Source: Intoshia linei (Eukaryota; Animalia; Orthonectida). From it: 60,546 nucleotides of DNA. Positions 25,856 to 39,851 of this stretch are shown piece by piece. The position numbers and the translations under genes are program-made. The number at the start of each line of letters is the position of its first letter. The stretch's first letter is position 1. The stretch covers positions 1 through 60,546 of the forward strand of contig LWCA01000071.1 of NCBI GenBank assembly GCA_001642005.1, in the 5' to 3' direction. The notes below the pieces were generated by a model, which was given only the letters and a program-made list of their open reading frames with translations, was not told where the DNA came from and ran no database searches.

Positions 25856-26172
25856 CAGGGGCGGATTCAAGGGGTGCAAAAGATGCAGTTGCACCCTTAA
25901 ATTTTTAATTAATGTTTTGTAAATAACTGAAAAAAATTTTAATTTATTAAAACAATATAGATGGCGCACAACACTACATTTTTTTTATTTTTGCGAAAAA
26001 ATACAAATTTGGAAACTATTGTATAACAACATTCAAATGAAATTAAAAGAGACGCTTTAAAATCAAACTAGACGCCTTAATATTAAAAGAGACGCCACTA
26101 AAATTTTTTAAAGTTAAATATATTGCTCGCTTCGCTCGCACCCCATTAACTAGCCTCTTGGATCCGCCCCTG
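25856..26172. mobile_element. MITE with GC-rich TIRs
   Basis: CAGGGGCGGATTCAAGGGG ... CCTCTTGGATCCGCCCCTG; TSD unclear. Confidence 0.75.
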
Positions 26173-26749
26173 TCATACTGATACAAATTTATAGCATCTT
26201 TTATTTTTACAAGTAAAGATAATGTTCTCAAAAACAATAATAACACAATTGTATAACTCTCATTTTAAAAATAAATAAAAAAATTATAAGCGAGAAATTT
26301 ATCAAAATACAGAAAATGGTAGTTATCAATGAATTTCAGCAAAACCAACTCACCCTCCTAAAAACATAATTTCGGTATATAAGAAATGACAGGTATTACT
26401 CTTTGAAGTTCCCGTTAAGAGGTTTTTTAGTCATCAAAAATTATTGCATTTAAAATCATAACGTAGATAAATTTGATGAAATATGATTCTGAAAACGTTG
26501 TGAAACATTTATGGCCTTAATATTATAAAAAGTATTAATAATATTTAATTATTTAATTAATTCGTAATTTATTACCATCAGTATATTCATAACAGCAGTG
26601 TTTACCCAGTATCGAACCTATCCTACCCGAAGCCTTCTTTCTTTCTTTTTTCTGGGGCATAAACAAATTTTTGTAAAATTTTTCATTTTTCCAAATTGAG
26701 CATTAAAAATTTATAAAAAAAAATAAGAAATAGTAAATAAAAATTTTTT

Positions 26750-27145
26750 TTTTAACCGTTAAGGCTTAACTTTGTGAAATTTACATTTTGTACGTATGTT
26801 AACTGAAAAGTGATGTATTAAATGTGACATTATTTAAAATAATGATTAATTTGCCGTTTTAGTCGTGAAGGTATATGTTTTTGTAGTAGAAATTTATGAT
26901 AATGCTCATTGTTCTAAATTCTGTACAATAGTTTATTTTTTGTAAAATTCTGGTACTTATTTCATTTCAAAAATTAAAATGGTAATTTGAGTTTTTGACG
27001 ATGAAGAACTCAAGATCTGGAAATGAAATTTGCAATAAAACCTCACTCTCGAAAAACTGTATACTTCTTACTTTCCTACATAAACTGAAACAAACAAACA
27101 GACATACATTTTTAGCTAAATTACTTTACTTTATACCAGTAAAAA
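26750..27145 (-). mobile_element. Copy of the Helitron-like repeat (partial)
   Basis: Same subrepeats and the GAAATTTGC..TAAAAC..CACTCTCGAAAAACTGT block. Confidence 0.6.
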
Positions 27146-28479
27146 TATCATAACTATTTTTAAGGTGCCTATTTTTCATTTTGGGGTGATTTAGAACTTG
27201 ATAGGTTCGGACTGCATTTAAAACAATTTTATTAGTTTACTTTATTAGTTTATTTTATTAATGGCATGAAAAAGCTTAGCTTTATACGGTGAATTCAAAT
27301 AAGGTGAAAATTTCAATATTGAAAATTAACGCCTTCACATTAACAAAGCAGTTTAATGTTCATTTTTTTAGTAACTATTTTATTAAAACAAACAATATTC
27401 GATAACTAATATTACTAGAATTTAAAAAAAAAAATTATTCTGATAAAGTTTATTCCAGTTAATCTAAATCATCGGTTCTTAATGGTCAGTGACACCTCAA
27501 AGGACGTACGGTGTTATTTTTCATAATGTCATCTATATTTTAGAGTCTTCAGGAACGACTTTTCTCTCCCAAATGTGATTATTCCACCATTACATTGGTT
27601 GTTTCATGACCAAGTACAATAATAATTGATTAATGATCATTGATTATATCATATTATTTACATCTTTAACTGACTGAACTAAATGGCATATGCTGTACAA
27701 TCCATTAAATTATAATTTATTTATTTAATTGATAATTACTTCACATATAATAAAAAAATAACATTGGGTCTTTAATGTAACCGAAAAATAAATAAAGAGG
27801 TGTAATATAATACAATATTACTGAATAACATTTATTCGATTAAAATAAGTTCTATAATATGAAATTGGTCCAATAATACAGTTGTACACATTATTACACT
27901 ATACATTTTCGAGTTTTCAAATTAATGTCCAACTGTGTATTCGTATCATCAAAGAAAATATTGTTACCAAGCTGTGATTTTCTATTCCATTTCTATCAAT
28001 ATATTAACTTTTAACCCCAAAATCATACACATTTAATTGATTATCTATTTGATTAAATTAATTCAACAATTTTTTAACCTTATCCTATTTTATTTTAAAT
28101 TTAGACAAATTATGTAGTAATTGTTGCGAATTTTAACAGTAAATAAAAAGATAAAACGTTTTTTTGTTTTTTATTTTTTATTCTCGTTAGAAATACATAT
28201 TATAGAGTTAATTGACAAATGTTGTTATAATTTTTTATATAACCGTAATAGCCTCGGGATTTTTATAATTTGTATTTTGAAGGTAGATTAAACTGGTTCA
28301 TATTAATAAACAATGACGTCAAGAATTATAACTTGTTTATATGTCTCGGAAATATACTAAAAGTCATATAAATTTTAGTTGACACGAGCATTAATTGTTC
28401 TTAATAACAATTAACGGCAAAAAATTAATTAGTTTCGCCTTTCAATTATTATTGATAACGTTTATTGGTAACATTTGTT

Positions 28480-28620
28480 CATATATTAAGAAATTAACTT
28501 GCTGTTTCATTTTCTATTCGTAACGTTTTCCATTGTCCATTCTTCAAAAACTAAGTCTGATTTTGAGGTTGATGGGATATAGAGTAGTTTAATCTGTAGC
28601 AAATTCAAACTTCAAATTGT
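28480..28620 (-). mobile_element. Possible hAT dimerisation-domain relic
   Basis: Minus-strand peptide 'IKLLYIPSTS' resembles the hAT KLLSIPATS motif; heavily decayed. Confidence 0.3.
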
Positions 28621-29019
28621 AGGTCAGTTGACTTGTAGTGAATTCTTGATAAAATGTGTCAGCGTTAAATACAATTTAAAAATTTAACAGATTTTCATAA
28701 ATATGATACGGTGAGCTTAAGCTCACTTTTGTATTTAATTGTATTTGTAACTTTTATAAAGCTAGTTTGTTTATGATGTGTGTGATATGATTTATTATAA
28801 TTTATTAAAATATTCATAGAATATTAAAAGACAAAATTCCAAGACAGTTTTTCTGGGTACGCGACATAATTCCGGTTTTAATAAATGAATATTTTAAGAC
28901 GTAACTACATAATGTATTTATATTTGGTTTTTAAAATATAGTTTTATAAACAAATAAAAGTATATAAAATTTATCACTGTTTAGTAAACAGAGTTCACTA
29001 AAACTTATTTTGTCATTAT

Positions 29020-29860
29020 AAAAATATTTAATGGGACATAATATTATGTAAATTGTACAATTTTCTAAATTTCTATCAATATTTTTAAATGTATGGTTGA
29101 TAATATATTACAAATTATTTTTCACCGGGAAGGTATAGATTTCTGGGATTGAAATTTTTTATTTATATCAACTGGAATAAGCTGTATCAGAATAATTTTT
29201 TTTTAGTTGTAGGACCGTTTATTATTTCAAATTTTTAGTTTTACTTTGCTAATAAAATACTTTTGAAATAAAAAAAAATAAATATTAAACTGCTTTTTTA
29301 ACCGTGAAGGCGTCACTTTATCAGATTGAAATTTTTTGTGCGTATTCACTGGATATAACTGTATTAGCTGTATTATTTTTTTAAAATCTAGGCCTATTTT
29401 TATTTTTTAAAAAAAGGGCAATCTGGGATTTTGGTCATGAAAATGCAATTTATGAGGTTAGCAATTATTATAATGCTTATGATTTTAAAAGCTATCCCAG
29501 AATTTATGTTTTATAAAATTTTAAGACATGTTTCATTTTTAAAACAAAGGGTAATTTGTGGTTTTGACCATGAAGGTATGCGTTTCTGAGGTTGAGATTT
29601 ACGACAAGGTTAATGATTTTGAAATGTGTCCCAGAATGTATATTTTATTTAATATTTGGCTAATTTTGTTTTAAAAAAAAGTAAAATTGGGTTTTTGACC
29701 TTGAAAATTCAAATTCTGAAACTTGAAAATAGATATAAACACGTTCTGGGGAAAACTGTATTAGAAATTTAGTTTTTTTAATTCTACGAATGTCAATTTT
29801 TTAAATAAACGGTAAAAACAGACACACACGCAGACATTCAATTTTATATAAGTAAAGGAT
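29020..29860 (-). mobile_element. Copy of the Helitron-like repeat (four ~133-bp subrepeats)
   Basis: Units at about 29296, 29429, 29562 and 29692; TTTTTCACCGGGAA block; terminus TTTTATATAAGTAAAGGAT. Confidence 0.72.
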
Positions 29861-31516
29861 TATCTCGACCATGACAGACAGTAACACTAGCCATACCAAT
29901 TCAAATATTTTTATAATTTTTAATGAACCTGTAAATATTAGTAAACATATTTTGTTGACTGAATTACACAGCACACCAGCGTACCGCGCAATCGCCCTAA
30001 ACAGTTTGAATTTCATTGAACGTGGTTTAACTTTAGAATATCGATATAATTTAATTTTACATATTATTAGCATTAATGATTTTTAATTATAATATTGTAT
30101 GAGTAGTTGAATTGAAATAATTATACATAAAACAATGACTGTCATAAAAAAGGATTAAGGAATTGCGTTCAAGTGGTGTCATAAACAAAAATTGTATAAA
30201 CAAAATAAACAAAAAATATACTCACAATTTTAAAAATAAATAATACATTTTGAAAGGATGAGAATAAAATGCTTTTGTAAATAATAATATTAATATTATT
30301 TCTAAAATCAAAAAAAATCAAATGTATAATACAATTCTACTTGTTATATTACTCATTTTACATTTTAATTGTAAAATAAATGATTTTTCCATTCAAGAGT
30401 TATAATTTATTTTGTATATTTGAGTACACAATTTACATGAACAACAAAATTTGCTTTTTAAGCGAGTTTTACTAATAATTAGGCAATTATTTCCAATACA
30501 AATGTAATTTCAATATTATCGTATATCGATTGTTTCAAAATGCCATATAGGTGTCTAGGATTATCTGGATTATGCTAAATATCAATTTAAAAGTTGATAC
30601 AATACACGTGAAACGCACTATATTATAATTATTATTTGGATATTATCTTTGCGTTTCTTTAATTTATACAAATTTACAAGTCAAGTAACAACAATTCAAA
30701 TTGTCAATCATTTTTATAAATTTACGCTTATTAGTTTTGCATGAAATTTAAACCATGCAGCTGTCCAATCGACAAGAAAACTAAAGAAATGCATAAATAT
30801 ATTTTTGGTACAACTATCTTTCAGTTTTTTTAATTTATTTAAATTTTTAGTAATTGGTTATTTGTAGTCTTACTATTCATTCTTACATTTATTTATTTTT
30901 ATGCCAACTGAGGTTTTTAAATTGTATTATCTTATTTTATTTATATTTCCATGTAAAATATTTATTTTAATCTCAATAACTTTTCAAATTAATACAATAA
31001 ATGTTCATCTAAAATTAAAACAAAGAACTGTTACAATTTTATGCATGTAAATATCTATCGCACACATTTTACCAAGTCCAGTAGTTTTCTGTGACTATTT
31101 ATTCTGTGAAAGTAAATTTAATTTTCTATAGCAATATTTGTAGTTTGATTTAAATATAATAAAGATGAAATTTTAATTTTAAAATAAATTTAAAAAGTTT
31201 TGTAACTATCGATTTTAAATTTTAATTTTTAATTTAAATTTTTTTAATTTTACTTTACATTTAAATTAAATTTTATGATATTTAAATTAAGATTAAATTA
31301 CACTCTGCTTTCAAAACAATTATATATTAATGATGAAGACAAGTCAATTTTACAATGTGTATTTGAATTTTATTTTGTTGTATTATATTACCTTTTGTTA
31401 CAAATGTTAAGATTTTATCATTATTTCAATTGTTTTGCTTATTTTAAAAATTTATTTTTTCTAGAATTCAAATTATTTAAAAAAGATTAAAATGTACATG
31501 GGACTCTCCGCAGAAC

Positions 31517-31763
31517 CAACCCCATGGAGAGGGACTAGATGTTCATATCGTCCGGGCCTATAATCATGAGGGCCTAATTTTTTAATTCATTAATAGGTAA
31601 TGTTGGAAAATTTCTTAAATATATCAAAATTTCGATAGCCAATGCGATTTCCAACAAGTTGTTTTTAATTTTTAGATAATGAACGACCCATTAAGCAATG
31701 TATAGAGGTCCCATTTTTTAAAAAAATTTATATGGGATGTAATGCTGGCTCTCCACGGTCCTG
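31517..31763. mobile_element. hAT-like MITE (related inverted copy at 38357-38634)
   Basis: Perfect 8-bp TSD CGCAGAAC (31509-31516 and 31764-31771); imperfect TIRs ..CCATGGAGAG / CTCTCCACGGTCCTG. Confidence 0.8.
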
Positions 31764-33679
31764 CGCAGAACTGGTTATGATTGTAGGCTATATCAAACAT
31801 AAATTATCATATATTATAATCATTTCATTTTTGGTAAATTATAATGTATAAATTTTATGCAGTTTTACATTGTTTATCAACAGTTTTAAGTATAATTATA
31901 AAATTGCAGCCAATTTTTTATAACGTACGGATATAATGAAAACTTTTTCATTTGTTAAATTAAATAAAATTAAAAAATTTAGTCGCGATATTTTACATAT
32001 ATATATATATACGATATATTTTAAGTTATGGATATTATATATAAGCATTCTGATGAAAGATCACAAACTTTTTTAATCTTGAAATTATTAATAATTTTTA
32101 AAGATAACTTCAAAGCTATAAAATATATACTCCTTTTAGTTATGATGTTAATGTTGCAGAGATTATGCAAAAATTTGATTTTAAATGTAAATTATAATAA
32201 TTAGTCTTTTCTATAAACCAATAAACGTCGTTTATGAGGATGGGTGTATTCAGAGCTGAACATTCCGCACTGAAAGTCCTCTTCGGGACGGCGACGAAAA
32301 TTTTGTAAATCGAAGGATTATTTTTCCAAATTGAGCATTAAAATTGTAATCCAAATTTTATTCTTGATAATCATGATTCATGAGTATTTTATGTGTTAAA
32401 TTTAAAATGTTAAGTAAAGTCCTTCGGAGAGGTGGCTATGGTTATATGACAGCGCCACAATTTGGAAATTTTTTAGGGACTTACGTTTTATTTTCGGGTA
32501 GCATCGAGTTATTAGGTTTGACTCTAGTCATAATAAATGACACCTTTAATTAAAAAATGATGTTGATAAAATTTAAATAATAATTTTTTTCTTAAATTCT
32601 GGGAAATTTGATCATTGAATACCTTTGATTATAATGAAACAATTTTTTAAAGTAATAATTTAGTAAAATGATAATTTGCGTTTTTTACAGTGAAGATGCA
32701 AAAATCTTAGATTAAAATCAGTATTATTTTATCAACCGAAAAAAACTGACCTGGAATTTGTAATTTTTAAAATTCTGAAACTTTTATTTTTTGAAATAAA
32801 GTGGAACAGACAAACACAGATACTCACAAACACATTGATTTTTATATAAGTAAGAATAGTCACTTTATGTATTTTATTTTCAAAGATGGATTTTAACTAT
32901 ACATTTGATTTTATTAATTATATATTTTACCATTTTTATATCATTATGAAACAGTTTAGGTACGTACTGAACGTTTTAAAATTGTTTTCATATTAGTTTT
33001 GTATGTCGTTTGGTGGGTGGTGTGAAGGGTTTTTATCTGAGTCGATAATACTTGTCATTTTTGAACTTACCTTGTAGATTAAAAACTGAACTTAAAATTC
33101 AATAACTAAGATAAATTTGTATAAATTGAATGTCAATCAAATATAAAGATTAACTTGAATTAAATACAAACTCTACTATACTAAATTGATTTTGATAGAT
33201 TGTATAATTCTACTTTGAAATTTTTACAAAATTTAAACCAAGAAAATTTACTCAACTGAGTCTAGGCGTTCATTCATTTCAATTTATTCCAATCCAGTTG
33301 GTTCAGTTGGATTTATTTATAATTCCACTTTCATTGCATACACAATGTATATTACACACGACGATTTACAAGTAGGCGTGATTATAAATAACGCATAAAT
33401 AAATCGCTGTAGGATACAAAATAACGTGCAATAACAGAAATTAAAATGAAAAATAACAATAGCCAATTCGCTCAAAGTTTCCTAATGTGAGCCTAAGAAA
33501 TATAGAACCAATAGAATCAATGAAATTAACAAAATACAATAAAGTGACAAGTATAACATAAATATTTCTTAATTCTCTATAATTCAAATTAAATCATTCG
33601 AATATAATTCAAAAATAGAGTACTTTATTTTTTAAATGAGCATAAATATTTTATAATACGATTAATTGGTGAATCATTA

Positions 33680-36371
33680 ATGTCAGATAAATATTTCAAT
33701 CAGGATAAGTACATCAACAACATGTACCCGCATTTCGTCAACCAAAATGATATAGAACAAGCTAAAAGCATGCAAAGATATTTCAATACAATAAATTGCA
33801 CTACTGAAAATGTGGAAAAAGATTTTAAAAAAATGGAAAACGTAGAAAACATAAATCACAGTATACCAAATTCTCATAAAAGACCATTGATGAATTTTCA
33901 AGAAAATATTAATGAAAGTTTACAAGATTGCAATTTTCGAGTCAAAATGCATGAAATGAATAAAAATTTAGATTATATGAATGGAAAATTTATCCCTAAT
34001 CCGGCTTATTGCAAAAACCAATTTCCAAATAATCAAATGGTAATGGATAAATTGAAAAAACAAACGAATGAAAATGATGTGAAATCTTTTAGTCCAGCGA
34101 TGAGACTTAATTATTTATCTGAAAATCGAAATTTTGATAACTTTCCAATGTACTATGAAATCGAAAAAGAAAAAACCAAATTTATTAATAGATACCATGA
34201 TATCAATAATCCTAATCAGGGAATGCCTTTTATGCCACCAAATTATCAATTTCCATATCAAATTAATCCTTTCAATTATCCTATGGACAAATTACCTTTC
34301 AGAGCAGATATGATGAATCCACACTTTTTTTATTCAGGTATTTTTTAATTATATTATATAATATAATTAGGTATTACTAACTAGAAATTTAAATTAATTT
34401 AAAATTGATGATAAAAATTGAATAAAGGAATTGTTATACATTTTTTTAATTTTAAATCCAAATTTTGCTATTACTAATGTTGTTTTCCGGTTAGCGGCCA
34501 ATGACTACATATCTGTAGTCACTGTCAGTTTACCCATTTCTAGTATTTCAAAACCTTAGAAATTTTGCACATCTTTAAATATGCATATTTTAATAACACA
34601 TTTCGAAAATCATAATGTGCCAAGTATGAAGGGTATCGGTCACTAATGGGTTAATTATCAAAAATGAAATTAAGACATTTAAAAATTCAAATTTAAAAAT
34701 TCAAACCAATTTCAAAATGATAAAAACTAGATATATTTCAGATTACGTTAAATTTTAGCAAATTTGTACTAATTTTAAAACGCCAAGAAACAATTTCTGA
34801 AACTAAAATAAAAACTGAGTTAGAATTTGTATTTTTTTAATTTCTAAGTCTCACAGTTTTTCAAATAAATGGTTATACACAAAATGATAGACTAACATTT
34901 TTAACAACTTTTACTTGATATTTAATCAAGGATCTTGAAATATTATTTTTTATTCTAAAATTATTAGGTGTTTTGGGAATTACATTCTTATTATATTAAT
35001 TTTCATACGTACCGGGATATTACGACCATTATTTCAATTACAATACAGTGATATGAGCATTATACTGTAGTATCATTCAATGGATTTTTGTGTAGGGGGT
35101 TAGAGGTATATAACAAAGGATTTGACTATCTGGAGCTTATTATACGTTAATAGGTGAAGTTAGAAATAAATATCGTAAATTTTGTAGTGGGGCGAAACTT
35201 TTTTACTTCATTAGGATAACATTAAAACTTGCTTAAAACTAAAATTAAATTTAGTTACGACTGGATTAAATTATAGACAGAGGAACCAAAAATTGTATAA
35301 TATTAATGTGTATGTTGCTCCTACATTGTAGGGGCTTACAATTTTTGTTTAATTGGACCCACTGTTTGCTTTCCATGAACCTGAGATAATTTTATAATAG
35401 TTATCATCAAATTGATTATTTTTTGTATACGATATATTGAACTTGAAAAATAAAAAAAATTTAGTCAAGAATAGGTTTAGAGTCTAAATTTTAATAAGAA
35501 AGTCAAGTGTGTCGTAACAAAACTATCCCTAATTTATAATTACGGTGATAAAAAAATTTTGCAATCTATCCATAATATCATATCACCATAGTCACCTATC
35601 CAAGAGTCTTAAATGGAAATTTTAAATTTAACACAAAGAATATTTATGACATTCAACAATATATTATTTTTTTTAAAAAAAAATTCAAAAAGGAGGCCCT
35701 ATTTTACACAAATTTCGTCGAGCCCCGTAGAGGAGCATCGGAGTATGGTAATTTCGGCTCTTAACTTATTTGACTGTATATCATTTTACATAAAAATCTA
35801 AGAATCATAGTTCTACCAAAACTTAACGGATGACCAAAACAACATTGCTTAGATAGTTTTATCATGTATAAATAATACTATTGACTATAAATGACAAAAT
35901 ATAAATATAAAAATAGAATTTTACAACGGAAAACGCAAAGGCCGTAGAGAACGAACGTGTTTCACTCATCGCCAATTAGAATTATTAGAAAACTTATTCC
36001 AAAAGAACCAATACCCGGATGTTTTTGTACGCGAAGAGGCTTCATTGAAAATTTGTCTTCCAGAATCTCGAGTTCAGGTTATTTATAGAAAATTTAATAT
36101 ATTTATAACAAAGAGTAGGTATGGTTCAAAAACAGACGCGCGAAGCAACGACAAGTGAAAAAAGCTGAAAAGGAAAAAATGGAAAAACTAGACAAACAAG
36201 AAACGTAAATTTTAAATTCAATTTACATTTTTATAACATTAAACTTGTAGTAATAAATCGGACGAAAAAATAACATGTAAATATGAAAATATTGGACAAG
36301 AAAATACTGTCGCAACACCACCTTCAGATAATTCAGACACTTGTAATGCCAAAAAGGCTAAACTGGAATAG
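33680..36371 (+). CDS. Otx: Otx/orthodenticle PRD-class K50 homeobox gene; exons 33680-34337, 35917-36077, 36119-36204, 36251-36371
   Basis: Homeodomain (absent from the ORF track): '[48 protein letters not shown]|[12 protein letters not shown]', with K50 and the PRD-class intron at VQ|VWF. Exon 1 joins in phase 1. Confidence 0.9.
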
Positions 36372-36671
36372 ATGAACACTTATATATTTGTGATATACCG
36401 TTAATAAATTTAAAACATGATGCCTTAACAATTATTCCAAGTGATTTGATTTTGATTATAATTGTTCAAAATGAGACAGTTACATAAATTATGACGTGAT
36501 ATATCGATTAGTAAAACGATTTAAAGATTAAAGGTAAAATGTATTAATTTTGACAAGGATTAAATTTTTCGTGTCACATTAAAATGCGTGAGTTTTTTTG
36601 AAGTAAAATAAAAAAAATTCATAAAACGTTTAATTCGAAATCAAAAATTTGTACATTTTTACATTGTTGCG

Positions 36672-38019
36672 TCACAAATTATAATCACCTTTTATTTCTT
36701 CATTATTAAACTTTTGCAATTTTTTGATGCGCTTGTTTAGGTATTTTTTTAAAGAAACTTTGACCATTTCTGGGTGGGTTTCATTTTTATTTACGACAAT
36801 ATTGGTTGCATCTTTGATGGATTTATTTTGATTTTCAATTGGTTCAATTAAATCATTCATTTCAAAAGAAATTTCTTTCGTGTACACTAAATTTTGAAAT
36901 GTACAAAAAATATTCAAAAAATCAAATCTAAATTATTTAAATTTACCGTAAAAGTATTTGTCTAATGTTTTAATTGGAATATATAATAATTTTTCCAAGG
37001 TGGTGGGTGAATATAAGATTTTGACCTAAAACATTAAAATTGTAATCAAATAATAATAATTTGGCAAGTTTTTTAGTAAAAATTAACTCTTGGTAACCTT
37101 TTAACTTTAAGAAATTTTGTAGATACTCATTTTATGTACCCAACAATTTTATTATCAAAATTTCATTAAATTATTCATTATTAGAGAATCTCAGTATTTT
37201 ATGAGTTTTTATTGTTTTAAACACATATCAAGTGACAATGTTGACATTGTCAACATGAAAAATTATACTTATTCCTACTATCTGAGTTCCGTATTTACAC
37301 ATAACTACCAACACGTAACTCTTTAAATTCCATCACTACACACAGATCCGAGTATGCCAATTATTAGACAACTGGCGCTAAAAAAAATTCACAAATCATT
37401 CGTAGTGTCATATAAACACTAGCCGCCTGTCTAAGCTTCGTGACTTGACATTTTAAATTTAACACACAAAATAATTATGATATTCAATAATATAATTTTT
37501 TTAATGTTCAATATCGAAAACGGAGGCTTAATTTTACAAAAATGTGGTGCCATCCTAGAAGAAAGGTATCTGAACGGTAGATTCGACACTGACTTTACAT
37601 ATTAAAAATTAATTAATTAATACATTTGTGTATTTGGCATGGTTCCACGAATTATCATGTAAAAAATACGTGAATGAAAAATTTGTCAGCTTAAAAAACA
37701 CATTGAAAACCTATTATATAAAATAAAAAAAAGTAAATTTAACTTGCCCTAACAATACAACATAAATAAACAAAAATTACATTTAATTTCGAATCAATAT
37801 AATTAACTTTGTTTAGATTCAATTTTGCATTAATTAGTTGAAATATTATCTTATTACATAAATAAATCCTGTCCTTTTCACACAAATCAGAGATATCTTT
37901 GCATTTACAATCATTTAATATATTTTTATAAAAAACAATTAATCTAAATTCAAAATAAATAAGCAAAAACAATTTTTAAAAATACAGAAACACGAACCAC
38001 CTGGAGTACACTGTGACAT
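36672..38019 (-). CDS. Hypothetical ~190-aa protein; exons 38019-37994, 37943-37781, 37710-37624, 37025-36947, 36886-36672
   Basis: Five GT-AG-bounded open segments with compatible phases. No recognisable domain; the first exon is uncertain. Confidence 0.55.
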
Positions 38020-38356
38020 TAAATAATATTAATATTTTTTATTCATAATTTAAAAAAATCGTTAGCATCGTCATTATGATCATTAGAGTATTTAAAATAT
38101 TAATGAAACGATTCCGTTAGCATAGATCCAAATTTTAGTGTAGTTTTAAAAAATATAACTTAACTCAAAATTATGTTATTATTATATTTTTACTGGAAGG
38201 ATTTAGTTTTTTTCGTTGATTTACTGTATATTTAGGTGTATTTCATTTTATTTTTCGAAATTAATTTCTAGCGTCTTATTTTTGGTTTAAGGGTGGTAAA
38301 TTTATCATAAATAACCCACAAACCAGAGTTCATAAATGAGAACATTGTACTCCAAG

Positions 38357-38634
38357 CAGGGTCGGACAGAGCCAGTATTAGGTCCTGATATGATGGAAAT
38401 TGTAGACCCTATCAGATTTTTTTTAAAAATGAGATCTCTGTACATTGCTTAATCTATCGTTCATTATCTAACAATTAAAATTAACCGTTAGAAATCGCAT
38501 CGTACCATTTTATTATACGATAATTTTGGTATACTTAAGAAATTTTCCAACATTACCTTTAATAACTTTAAAAAGTAGACCCTCATGATTGTAGGCCCAG
38601 GCGATATGGCCCTAGCCACCTTTCCACGGTCCTG
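38357..38634. mobile_element. hAT-like MITE, same family as 31517-31763
   Basis: Internal sequence is reverse-complement similar to 31517-31763; ends in CCACGGTCCTG. Confidence 0.7.
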
Positions 38635-39156
38635 ATCCAACGAATGAATCGAATGTCTAATACTAAAATTCAACAGAAAATGTGACACCCTATTATTCAT
38701 AATCAATTGAAAAAATAAACCTAAAACCCATTTTAATAATTAAAAAATTTTTGTGTACATTCTAAGATTTAAATACCTACGCCTACTAAAAAATAATCTT
38801 TTGTAAATATCTAAATATTACACTCTAAATCAGGGATTCTCAACCTTTTTTGAACCATCACAACCAGATGAAAATTTTTTTATTTCTGTAAATTTATCTC
38901 GTTATCCTAAACACAATTCCTGTTTTAAATAATAAAAATAAATTTTTCATGGTTCCAATAATACCTCAATTTTTTTTCAGACTGATAAATCCATATGGAT
39001 CGTGTTGGCCACACGTTTTATCCCAATTAAACTTAGACAAATTTAATTTAATTAACCATAAAAATCTCATTTAATGTTGGATTCCAAAAAAATCCGAAAA
39101 TAATGATCAAGTTAAATCGAACGGAATCACACTTTTTTAAAAGATAATAACTCCAC

Positions 39157-39633
39157 CAGTGACGACTCTCAAACTCAGGTTACTCGAGCAAAGCTCGAGT
39201 TAATATTTTCGAGTGTTAAATTTCTTAATAATTGTTAAATTAATGACTAATTTGTAAATATGAACACAATTATATATGCAGAGTCTGAAATTCAGAAAAG
39301 ATTATTCACTTGTAAGTGAAATATTTGCATAAATGTTTGAACCAATTTAAATTTTAAATACATATAACTCTGGCATATTTAAATTTTCCTAGTAAATAAA
39401 TCTATAGATTAAATTTATATAGCGGTTACATGATGTAAAATTACAACTAAAATTTTAAGAGAAATTATTTATATTTTAGTTACGTTAATTTTAAACTTGT
39501 TCAGCTCGGGAAAATTTTTTGATATTTATTAATAATGATAATAAATTATTATTTTCAAATATAATTTAAAAAAATGTTTGTTTGATTTAAAAATTTTAGC
39601 CCGAGTGATCTCGATTAGCCAAAGTCGCCACTG
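39157..39633. mobile_element. hAT-like MITE
   Basis: TIRs CAGTGACGACT...AGTCGCCACTG; perfect 8-bp TSD AACTCCAC (39149-39156 and 39634-39641). Confidence 0.85.
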
Positions 39634-39851
39634 AACTCCACCTAATATAAATACCACAAAATTACAAAAAATTATTTAATTTTAATTATGGCGGTCCCAA
39701 TGAACATTGGTATCACTAATTAAAATTCCACCATTGCCTACTAAATTAAATGTAATTCTTCACAAATACTTTTTGAAAATGAAAACATAAAAATTTTTTA
39801 GTCTTCAACATTCTTATATACAGTTTTTCAAACTTTAAAATTACATATAAA

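Noticed and set aside
24780-27700. Faint integrase-, hAT- and MULE-like peptide scraps (about 24.8, 26.4 and 27.6 kb)
   Set aside because: Too many stops and too few matching residues to support a call by eye.
30480-30550. 'FP...CNFN' as a possible downstream DEG/ENaC FPAVTxCN exon
   Set aside because: Requires a frameshift, has no clear splice sites and lies 12 kb from the HG exon; likely coincidence.
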